From: a virus
Reading direction: 5' to 3' (one strand)
DNA length: 59,466 nucleotides
IMG/VR virus record: IMGVR_UViG_3300017762_000005
Shown: one piece after another, positions 37,868 through 44,394 of the stretch
How positions within the stretch are numbered: the stretch's first letter is position 1
How the letters are laid out: each line of letters starts with the position of its first letter
Program-made: the position numbers and the translations under genes
The notes under the pieces: model-generated
Database searches by the model: none
Told to the model about the DNA's origin: nothing
What the model saw: only the letters and a program-made list of their open reading frames with translations

Positions 37868-38278
37868 ATGCCACATAATAATAATGACTTAATTGCTTAT
37901 GCAGCAGGATTGTTTGATGGTGAAGGTAATATTAATTATAAACAATATAAATGTAAAAATCCTTCTGGTAAAATTTATATGAAATGGAATGTAGCAATGG
38001 AAGTTGCTATGACAGATTTAGATTGTATTAAAAATTTTTATGATATTGTAGGAGTAGGCTCTATACATTTTAAAGGAATTGGAAAAGGTTCTTTAGGAAA
38101 AAAAGATCAATGGAGATGGAGATGTTCGCACCAAAAAGCATTGTATTTATCAAAATTGTTTTTACCTTACAGTGTAACTAAGAGACCTAAGTTGTTACAA
38201 ATAATAAATCATTATGAGTTTGTTAAGCCGACAGAAGCCCTAGGGAAAAAGTTTCCTTTTATAAAAAATAAAACTTAA
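37868..38278 (+). CDS. LAGLIDADG homing endonuclease (free-standing)
   Basis: 'IAYAAGLFDGEGNI'. ATG lies 5 nt after the polymerase stop; the ORF track start 37823 overlaps the polymerase. Confidence 0.7.
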   Translation: MPHNNNDLIAYAAGLFDGEGNINYKQYKCKNPSGKIYMKWNVAMEVAMTDLDCIKNFYDIVGVGSIHFKGIGKGSLGKKDQWRWRCSHQKALYLSKLFLPYSVTKRPKLLQIINHYEFVKPTEALGKKFPFIKNKT

Positions 38279-38475
38279 CTAGCTTTAGCTAATAAGTTTT
38301 CTTGTACATCCTGATATTTAAGACTATTTCTTGTAGACTTAATATCAGATTCTATTTTAAGCATATCGGTAGTACAACCACCGTGGTCCATAAGTTTAGC
38401 TGACCAAGTATGCTCAAGGTGTTGAAGTCTTTTCAACAACTTTATTTTCTCTGGACTCATTACTAAGTACCTCAT
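38275..38475 (-). CDS. Small hypothetical protein
   Basis: 66-aa ORF on the - strand. Its stop overlaps the endonuclease stop (TTAA). Confidence 0.45.
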   Translation of the reverse strand: MRYLVMSPEKIKLLKRLQHLEHTWSAKLMDHGGCTTDMLKIESDIKSTRNSLKYQDVQENLLAKAS

Positions 38476-38644
38476 AAGTTATGTAGACTTTGTCTCTGCT
38501 AGTAAAACCATCTTCGGTATAACTAACTTTGCCTTCATCCACAAGTTGAACAAACTTATTCAATGCTTCTTTATCGTTGGCGGCTGTAACTTTATCATCA
38601 AAGTGTTGCCCTCCCATACGAACTTGGACACGATAAGTTGTCAT
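38414..38644 (-). CDS. Small hypothetical protein
   Basis: 76-aa ORF in the - strand mini-operon. Confidence 0.5.
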   Translation of the reverse strand: MTTYRVQVRMGGQHFDDKVTAANDKEALNKFVQLVDEGKVSYTEDGFTSRDKVYITYEVLSNESRENKVVEKTSTP

Positions 38645-38904
38645 AAGATATTATAAGATATTTCGAAGGTTTCGTCAATATCTAAGCCTTGGTTGGTAAT
38701 AGCCAAGCATTGTGCCCTATAATGGGTCATAGAAGCCCCCTTATCAGCTAAACTCGCTTTTATATCTCTGCCATAGGATCTAGCAAAAGATCGGCATTGT
38801 GGGGCATCTGGGACATAATTATGTAGTGTTTGGCCACATTTTTCCATGTCCATTTCAGGTGTTATAAAACAAAAGGTGCTTAACATCATAAATTTTATTA
38901 TCAT
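38641..38904 (-). CDS. Small Cys-containing protein with hydrophobic N-terminus
   Basis: 87-aa ORF, first gene of the - strand mini-operon, with ATGA coupling to the next gene. Confidence 0.5.
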   Translation of the reverse strand: MIIKFMMLSTFCFITPEMDMEKCGQTLHNYVPDAPQCRSFARSYGRDIKASLADKGASMTHYRAQCLAITNQGLDIDETFEISYNIL

Positions 38905-38946
38905 AAATAACCTTAAATATTTATTTAACTTTATACAAGATTTAAT

Positions 38947-38975
38947 TTGACTTTAATTATTATCCCATATATCTA
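38947..38975 (+). promoter_or_regulatory. Sigma70-like promoter, possibly producing a leaderless mRNA
   Basis: TTGACT-N17-TATCTA. The -10 ends 7 nt before ATG 38983, and no SD is present. Confidence 0.35.
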
Positions 38976-38982
38976 AGATTAT

Positions 38983-39270
38983 ATGAAACTAAAAAGTAAA
39001 AGTACAATACTAGAGAATATCATAACTGACCTTGATGAACAATTAGCAGCAATTCCAACATTTGATTGGACTGGTGCACCAATTGAAGATTCACTACAAT
39101 TAGATATGATTATTGATGGTGTTCGCAATATTTATTTTTGTGAGGGTAAATGGGAAAAAAAACATTATCCAATAGATAGAACAATTGCAACTCTTCTAGT
39201 AGAGAACGAACTATATGAACGCAAACAACAACCAACGGAGGAAGATAAACATGGCAACAGAAACAACTAA
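38983..39270 (+). CDS. Small hypothetical protein
   Basis: 95-aa ORF. Confidence 0.55.
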   Translation: MKLKSKSTILENIITDLDEQLAAIPTFDWTGAPIEDSLQLDMIIDGVRNIYFCEGKWEKKHYPIDRTIATLLVENELYERKQQPTEEDKHGNRNN

Positions 39271-39469
39271 TTCTATTTTACCAATTGGACAACAACCAGA
39301 AGGTGATTTAGATTCTTTAAAAAAACTTGAAGACGCAGTTAAAAGTCTTATGAAAAATATAGATGAACTTCAAGCTAACTTAAAAAAATTAACAGAAGAA
39401 AATAAAAGACTAAAAGATTTAGTTGGTATAGTAGAGACTGCATCAGCTGAAGGAAGGGAATTAATATAA
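39251..39469 (+). CDS. Small coiled-coil protein
   Basis: ATG 39251 preceded by GGAGGA. The ORF track start 39215 is less likely. Confidence 0.5.
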   Translation: MATETTNSILPIGQQPEGDLDSLKKLEDAVKSLMKNIDELQANLKKLTEENKRLKDLVGIVETASAEGRELI

Positions 39470-39693
39470 TGAACATAGATAAATGGAAATCTGTAGCAAT
39501 TAAAAAAACAGATTACGATTTGTTAAAGGGGTTATGTAAAGAAAAATTTAGGGCTCCCGGTGCAATGATATCAAAAATATTAAGTGATTACATTGATCAT
39601 CAAGCTAGGAAACATAAAATTCCTAATGCAACGTTTCGTACAAAACTTATAAATGGAGATGCAAATGTCGGATCCAAAAGAAATAAAAGCTAA
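39469..39693 (+). CDS. Possible ribbon-helix-helix DNA-binding protein
   Basis: Beta-strand 'KSVAIKK' then two helices ('TDYDLLKGLCKE', 'GAMISKILSDYI'). Weak call. Confidence 0.35.
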   Translation: MNIDKWKSVAIKKTDYDLLKGLCKEKFRAPGAMISKILSDYIDHQARKHKIPNATFRTKLINGDANVGSKRNKS

Positions 39694-39862
39694 AGAGTTT
39701 TTTACAATCGAACTTGATCATGAAAAAAATAATGTGATTTTGTATGTTAATGGAGTTATGAGAAATAAAATACACACTATTAAGGCAGAATCTTTATTTG
39801 ATCGTATGCTTAAGATAGCAAAACTTAAATTTCTTAAAATGAGAAAACAAGTTGAACAATAA
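39653..39862 (+). CDS. Small hypothetical protein
   Basis: 69-aa ORF overlapping both neighbours. Confidence 0.45.
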   Translation: MEMQMSDPKEIKAKEFFTIELDHEKNNVILYVNGVMRNKIHTIKAESLFDRMLKIAKLKFLKMRKQVEQ

Positions 39863-40910
39863 ACTCAAAGTATTAGATTTATTCAGTGGTATTGGAGGCT
39901 TTAGTTTAGGTCTTCATTCCACTGGTATATTTGATACAGTAAAGTTTGTAGAGTTTGATAAATTTTGTCAAAAGGTTTTACAAAAGAATTTTAAAAATAT
40001 ACCAATAGAAGGAGATATAAGAGATGTCAAAGGACAAGAATTCGAAGCAGATGTCATTACTGGAGGATTCCCATGCCAACCGTTCAGTGTTGCAGGAAAA
40101 CAAAAAGGAACAGATGACAACAGATATCTCTGGCCAGAAATGTTTAGACTCATTAAAGAGATCAAACCAGAATTCGTTATTGGGGAGAATGTGCAAGGCC
40201 TTATTAACCTCCAAGACGGCATGGTACTCAGACAGGTGCAGGACCAATTGGAAGGTGAAGGTTTCGAAGTCCAATGTTTCCTTATTCCAGCTTCAGGCCT
40301 CGGTGCTTGGCACCAAAGGAATAGAGTCTGGATTATTGGCCACTCCAAACACAATGGATTACTTGCCTCCGAGAAGCGTTCAAGGGACAAAAAAATTAAT
40401 GGAGGGACACAGAAAGGGCAGAACCAAACCATCGAATCTGAGAGAACAAATGGATCCACAAACAATGGCAATGTATCCAACACCATCAGCGAGTTGCAAT
40501 ATGGATGTAGTAGCCCCAGCAGAGACAGTAAAAAAGAATTCAACAGGTTGGAGTGTAACGAGGGTTGGGACTGGCAGAGTCTTCGGAGCCAAACTGAACG
40601 ATGTAGTGAACAAGATAGAGAAGGACAAAATGTTTCCAACACCGAAACAAAGGGATTACAAAGACGCAGCATATCAACCGACTTGGAAAGACAGTCTAGA
40701 GAAAAATTTACCGAGAACAGTACTGAAGGACAACAAACCTGGTGGCAAACTCAATCCAACATTTGTGGAGTTCCTAATGGGATTTCCCATGAATTGGACA
40801 AAGATAGATCCAACAGAATAAAAAGTTTAGGTAATGCAATCGTTCCACAATGTGCAAGAATCCTAGGTCTTGCTATAAAACAAGTTTTAATCGAGGAAGA
40901 TAGGTTATGA
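39852..40910 (+). CDS. dcm: DNA (cytosine-5) methyltransferase, frame-0 ORF: motifs I-VIII and X, but a non-canonical low-complexity middle
   Basis: 'DLFSGIGG' (I), 'GGFPCQPFS' (IV), 'GENV' (VI), 'QRNRVWIIG' (VIII), 'RIKSLGNAIVPQ' (X). Roughly 40341-40815 translates to S/N/E/R/Q-rich sequence. Confidence 0.8.
   Translation: MNNKLKVLDLFSGIGGFSLGLHSTGIFDTVKFVEFDKFCQKVLQKNFKNIPIEGDIRDVKGQEFEADVITGGFPCQPFSVAGKQKGTDDNRYLWPEMFRLIKEIKPEFVIGENVQGLINLQDGMVLRQVQDQLEGEGFEVQCFLIPASGLGAWHQRNRVWIIGHSKHNGLLASEKRSRDKKINGGTQKGQNQTIESERTNGSTNNGNVSNTISELQYGCSSPSRDSKKEFNRLECNEGWDWQSLRSQTERCSEQDREGQNVSNTETKGLQRRSISTDLERQSREKFTENSTEGQQTWWQTQSNICGVPNGISHELDKDRSNRIKSLGNAIVPQCARILGLAIKQVLIEEDRL
40024..40821 (+). CDS. 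Nested +1-frame ORF encoding the methyltransferase target-recognition region and motif IX
   Basis: AAGGAG-N9-ATG at 40009-40026. C-terminal 160 aa carry 'LLATPNTMDY', 'MYPTPSAS', 'MFPTPKQRDYKD' and 'KLNPTFVEFLMGFPMNWT'. Confidence 0.55.
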   Translation: MSKDKNSKQMSLLEDSHANRSVLQENKKEQMTTDISGQKCLDSLKRSNQNSLLGRMCKALLTSKTAWYSDRCRTNWKVKVSKSNVSLFQLQASVLGTKGIESGLLATPNTMDYLPPRSVQGTKKLMEGHRKGRTKPSNLREQMDPQTMAMYPTPSASCNMDVVAPAETVKKNSTGWSVTRVGTGRVFGAKLNDVVNKIEKDKMFPTPKQRDYKDAAYQPTWKDSLEKNLPRTVLKDNKPGGKLNPTFVEFLMGFPMNWTKIDPTE

Positions 40911-40996
40911 TTTTTTTATTGAATGTGCTTATTATCGCTTTAATATATGGGTTTATTATATTTTTATTAATGCTTTGGAATAAAGAGGAGTTATGA
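40907..40996 (+). CDS. Hydrophobic micro-ORF (29 aa, single TM)
   Basis: MIFLLNVLIIALIYGFIIFLLMLWNKEEL, with ATGA overlaps at both ends. Confidence 0.45.
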   Translation: MIFLLNVLIIALIYGFIIFLLMLWNKEEL

Positions 40997-41268
40997 AATA
41001 CAACAAGTTAGCCTATAAAATATATAAGTCTTTAGATGAAAAGACTCAGAAATGTTTAGGTGTAGAGTACGATATTGAAAAAGTAGATAACACTGAAAAT
41101 AAAAAATGGAATGATAGATTTCTAATGTCTTTCTGTAATTGGTTATGGATGAAAAAATTTAAAAAAAATAAAACTGTATGGATTTCATTAATGCAGCAGA
41201 TGCAAAAATTAAAAAACGATCAGATTAGATTAATGGCAGAAGGCCCTTTCCCTTTTATAAAAAAATAA
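40993..41268 (+). CDS. Small hypothetical protein
   Basis: 91-aa ORF with gaggag RBS. Confidence 0.55.
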   Translation: MKYNKLAYKIYKSLDEKTQKCLGVEYDIEKVDNTENKKWNDRFLMSFCNWLWMKKFKKNKTVWISLMQQMQKLKNDQIRLMAEGPFPFIKK

Positions 41269-41339
41269 TCTCTAGTCCCTTGTACCCACGACATTGAATA
41301 GTTTATAATTAGTACTTGCATGAAAAGAAAAATTTTTAT

Positions 41340-41552
41340 ATGAGTATTAATAGTTACAACACAACGAGCTGTATAGATTGTAGTGGAAGAGGGTATATTC
41401 GAACAATTCAGTCTAATTCTAAAGTTTCTTGTATCATTTGTAACGGATTAGGAACCACGTTTCACGGACCAAAATCAGAAGCAGAAAAAGTTTTTTTATT
41501 TAAATTAGCGTGGGATTATATTAATGGCAAAGAAAAAGGATGGTATCACTGA
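41340..41552 (+). CDS. DnaJ-type zinc-finger mini-protein
   Basis: Two CxxCxGxG repeats, 'CIDCSGRG' and 'CIICNGLG'. ATG 41340; the ORF track TTG is at 41316. Confidence 0.55.
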   Translation: MSINSYNTTSCIDCSGRGYIRTIQSNSKVSCIICNGLGTTFHGPKSEAEKVFLFKLAWDYINGKEKGWYH

Positions 41553-41829
41553 GTTAACTAAGTTGCTAATAGATGCAGCAGAACACTTTACGCCTAGTAA
41601 ATACAGTAGATTAAAATCAGTTATATTCGCATTACTTCATGGAGTAAATTATGGTTATGATTCAATGGACCAAAAATTTCTCAATGATGCTTCTGATATA
41701 TACAGCTTTCATACAACCACCGACAAGGCTAAGTCTTATAAATTAAAAAAAGTTAAAAAAAATAAAAAAACTAATAATGTAATAGATTTTAAAAGCTACT
41801 CGAAAGTTTCGGTGACCCATGATGCCTGA
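41524..41829 (+). CDS. Small hypothetical protein
   Basis: 101-aa ORF. Confidence 0.5.
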   Translation: MAKKKDGITELTKLLIDAAEHFTPSKYSRLKSVIFALLHGVNYGYDSMDQKFLNDASDIYSFHTTTDKAKSYKLKKVKKNKKTNNVIDFKSYSKVSVTHDA

Positions 41830-42034
41830 TAACTATACCAAAGAAGAAGCTATACAAGATTTCAATTCAATCAAAGAACATATTGCAGATGAAGATTTGC
41901 AAGGCGCTGCTATCACCATTTTGTTGAGTGATATACAAGAACATTACGAGGTCGCTACTCGATTAAATTTTAAAAAATCGAAAGGCCATTATCGTGATCT
42001 ACTCTCTAGACTTATTAAAACTTATGGGCACTAA
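41819..42034 (+). CDS. Small hypothetical protein
   Basis: 71-aa ORF. Confidence 0.5.
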   Translation: MMPDNYTKEEAIQDFNSIKEHIADEDLQGAAITILLSDIQEHYEVATRLNFKKSKGHYRDLLSRLIKTYGH

Positions 42035-42467
42035 GGTGGCTTCCGATATGGTTTCAGAAAATCATGTTTGCAATGAACAGAAGTTATGGAGGCATGTAAT
42101 ATTAAATGCGTTTGAAGATACTAGAACGGATAGTGGAGATAGAAAAGCAAGTTTAAATAAGTGTGATGCACATTATTGGATTGCAGAATCTAAAGACTTT
42201 GAACAGATTTGTTGGTGGGCTGGTTGGGAACCAGATGATGTAAGATATAGATATTATAAGGCATTAAAAAAAGGTGACATAAAATTTAAAAGAAGACATT
42301 TTTTATGGCATGAATATGCTGTGTTATTTCAAAGACTTAAGGTAACAACTAATTTAGATTTAAGACGTGAATTAAGAAGAAATGTAGAAAATAAAAGAAG
42401 ACAAATTATGGATGCGGATAATGTTTATGTTGATAAATTTTTAAGAGATTTTTCAGCTGAATTTTAA
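42024..42467 (+). CDS. Hypothetical protein (Trp-rich)
   Basis: ATG 42024; the ORF track offers a GTG at 41994. Confidence 0.55.
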   Translation: MGTKVASDMVSENHVCNEQKLWRHVILNAFEDTRTDSGDRKASLNKCDAHYWIAESKDFEQICWWAGWEPDDVRYRYYKALKKGDIKFKRRHFLWHEYAVLFQRLKVTTNLDLRRELRRNVENKRRQIMDADNVYVDKFLRDFSAEF

Positions 42468-42532
42468 TCTGCAACCCAGGGAGCAATCTCTAAGTTGCAG
42501 ATAACCTATAAGTAAAGATAGATTTAATATAA

Positions 42533-42793
42533 CTATAATTTTAAATTTTGCAAATTGTTTTTTGGCCTTCTAAAAAATGTTCTCCATAGCCACGATCTAC
42601 ATAAGCTTATAGCTGTAAAAATTACTGCTATATGAAAGCTTTCCCAGACTGTTGGATACATATCGAAAAAAGGGAATATCCATAGTTGTATCATGGTGCT
42701 TAAAATAAGACCACTGCCTACATCACATAATGTTTCAAATAAGTTTCTCATAAAAAAACCTAGGCCTATAAGAAAGGATATAAGCCTAGGCAA
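42533..42793 (-). CDS. Small multi-pass membrane protein
   Basis: 86 aa with three hydrophobic segments, divergent from the large noncoding region. Confidence 0.5.
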   Translation of the reverse strand: MPRLISFLIGLGFFMRNLFETLCDVGSGLILSTMIQLWIFPFFDMYPTVWESFHIAVIFTAISLCRSWLWRTFFRRPKNNLQNLKL

Positions 42794-43004
42794 CTAACAA
42801 GAGAAGTTATGAAAATGATAAAAAACATAACAACCTTGTTTACATTACCTGAGTCGTTAAAAAACTACAAGCGTTTTGTAGAGTTAACCGTGGGTCGAGG
42901 GCATAGAACCATTGACCTAAGTAAATGATAAAAGAATCACGGCTCACGGCACAATGTTGCCACAAATTCCCAATTTCCTAGTACGTTCTCTTAGAAAAAA
43001 AAAA

Positions 43005-43024
43005 TAAAAAAAATATTTGTAAGG
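43005..43024 (+). repeat. Direct repeat TA(7-8)TATTTGTAAGG, copy 1
   Basis: Matches 43059-43077 except for one extra A. Confidence 0.75.
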
Positions 43025-43058
43025 GTTTTTTTCTAGGAAACCAGGAAAAACATTGGTA

Positions 43059-43077
43059 AATAACAATTCTAGAGCAA
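43059..43077 (+). repeat. Direct repeat TA(7-8)TATTTGTAAGG, copy 2
   Basis: See copy 1. Confidence 0.75.
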
Positions 43078-43217
43078 AATAGACCAGGAATTTACTAGGA
43101 AAATTCCCAGAACTTTAGGAAAAAAATACAGAGAGGCCGTTTTCTGCTTAAAAAAAATTAAAAAAATATTTGTAAGGAAGTGTATTAGGAAAAAATTATG
43201 ATATAACTGGTCAAGAA

Positions 43218-43733
43218 ATGACTAAGAGAAAAAACACATTAAAATCTACAACTGAACTTACTTTAAAGCAAAAAGCTTTTGTTGATATATATGTTGGTAA
43301 TTGGGGTGAGATTACTAAGGTTGAAGCTGCTAGAAGAGCTGGTTATCAATCCAATAAACCAGAAGGCCCCACAGAGATTGCAAGTAGATTAACCGATCCT
43401 AATAAAAATCCTCATGTAGTGCGTTATATGGAAATGAAATATAACCAAGAATTAAAAAAACATGAAGGTGATAAATTAAAAAAATATAAACGATTTGAAA
43501 CTTTAAGTAAAAAAGCAGAAGATAAGAAACAGTTTTCTGTAGCTGTAAATGCAGAATACAGATCTGGACAAATGGCAGGTATGTTTGTTGATAAGAAGGA
43601 AGTAACACATGTAGGATTGGAGGGAATGAGTCGTGAACAACTTGAAAAGAGGCTATCCGAACTTGAAGGAAAAATCGGAGAAGCCAAAGACATTATTAAC
43701 GTCACGCCAGAAAAAATTACTCAAGGAGGGTGA
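43218..43733 (+). CDS. terS: Terminase small subunit
   Basis: 'LTLKQKAFVDIYVGNWGEITKVEAARRAGYQS' is an HTH typical of the Terminase_2 family; coiled-coil C-terminus. Confidence 0.6.
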   Translation: MTKRKNTLKSTTELTLKQKAFVDIYVGNWGEITKVEAARRAGYQSNKPEGPTEIASRLTDPNKNPHVVRYMEMKYNQELKKHEGDKLKKYKRFETLSKKAEDKKQFSVAVNAEYRSGQMAGMFVDKKEVTHVGLEGMSREQLEKRLSELEGKIGEAKDIINVTPEKITQGG

Positions 43734-43820
43734 TTTTATGACGGTGTTCAATGAGATTCACAACCAACATTTAAATACATCTGTTGGTATCGTTTCAATT
43801 TTAACTGAGGATAAAAAATG

Positions 43821-43913
43821 AAAACTTTGAAGCTATATGTGAGAAATAATTTCAAAACTTTGAAGCTATATGTGAGAAATAATTTCAAAACTTTGAAGTC
43901 ATATGTGAAAATT
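43821..43913 (+). repeat. 33-bp tandem repeat, 2.8 copies
   Basis: aaaactttgaagctatatgtgagaaataatttc twice exactly, then a degenerate third copy. Confidence 0.9.
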
Positions 43914-43922
43914 TTTTAAGAT

Positions 43923-44255
43923 ATGAAAAAACGAAAAAATAAAAAAAGACAAAATTCAAAAATTCTAAATTTTGATTTTAAAAATTTAAGTAATGATATT
44001 TCAGAGTATCCTTATGTTGAGATTAAATGGGCAGATATAGAGGGTGATAGTGGTTGGTCAGATACTAAAAGCCTCAAAAATTCTAAATTACCTATATGTG
44101 TATCTAAAGGTTATTTATTAAATCAATCTAATGGAATTACTAAAATATTTACTGATTACATAGAGACTAAAGAAAAGCCTACATTTGATAATATTGGCAA
44201 TACTACAATCATTCCAACAAGTGTAATACAATCTATAAAAAAAATAAAATTATAA
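43923..44255 (+). CDS. Early-region hypothetical protein
   Basis: 110-aa ORF. Confidence 0.55.
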   Translation: MKKRKNKKRQNSKILNFDFKNLSNDISEYPYVEIKWADIEGDSGWSDTKSLKNSKLPICVSKGYLLNQSNGITKIFTDYIETKEKPTFDNIGNTTIIPTSVIQSIKKIKL

Positions 44256-44291
44256 TCTTGTAATTAAATCATTTGCGTATATCTATTTTAG

Positions 44292-44390
44292 ATGGATAAA
44301 TTTTTAGCATTTTTAATCAGATTAATAGTTTTTTATCCTATCCCTACCCTTATAATCATTGTTTTAATTGCCTTTTTAGGCATTAACTAA
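44292..44390 (+). CDS. Hydrophobic micro-ORF (32 aa), paralogue of 47806..47895
   Basis: MDKFLAFLIRLIVFYPIPTLIIIVLIAFLGIN versus MDRFLAFIMRLVIFFPGTIGIVLLLILLV. Confidence 0.5.
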   Translation: MDKFLAFLIRLIVFYPIPTLIIIVLIAFLGIN

Positions 44391-44394
44391 TCAT

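Larger units (their letters stand above)
42966..43192. repeat. Array of (C/T)(C/T)AGGAAA motifs in the largest noncoding region
   Basis: ctaggaaa 43033, ccaggaaa 43041, ccaggaat 43084, ctaggaaa 43095, ttaggaaa 43115, ttaggaaa 43185, and inverted tttcctag at 42975. Confidence 0.7.

Noticed and set aside
39968-40672. Long antisense ORFs (234, 98 and 82 aa) opposite the methyltransferase gene
   Set aside because: The + strand is strongly T-poor here, so reverse-strand stops (TTA/CTA/TCA on the + strand) are rare by composition. The translations are Leu/Ser/Pro/Cys-rich with no recognisable motif and no RBS.
42468-42501. 8-bp stem (tctgcaac / gttgcaga) between convergent genes, considered as a bidirectional terminator
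   Set aside because: The stem is short, the loop is 18 nt, and there is no U-tract on either strand.
42800-42960. Possible tRNA, ncRNA or 39-aa ORF (42820..42939) in the large noncoding region
   Set aside because: I found no T-loop (GGTTCGAATCC-like) or cloverleaf pairing. The ORF has no RBS and no coupling. No tRNA-like sequence was seen anywhere else in the window either.
43399-43705. Antisense ORFs opposite terS. The same judgement applies to those opposite terL (49092..49382, 49587..49871), 50472..50726, the portal (52541..52753), 53911..54123, 57942..58139 and 58789..59082.
   Set aside because: All lie opposite well-supported + strand genes and translate to low-complexity sequence.
43633-43821. 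62-aa ORF overlapping the 3' end of terS
   Set aside because: Most of it is an out-of-frame reading of terS. Only the last ~27 codons (ATG 43738) are unique sequence, which is too weak to call.
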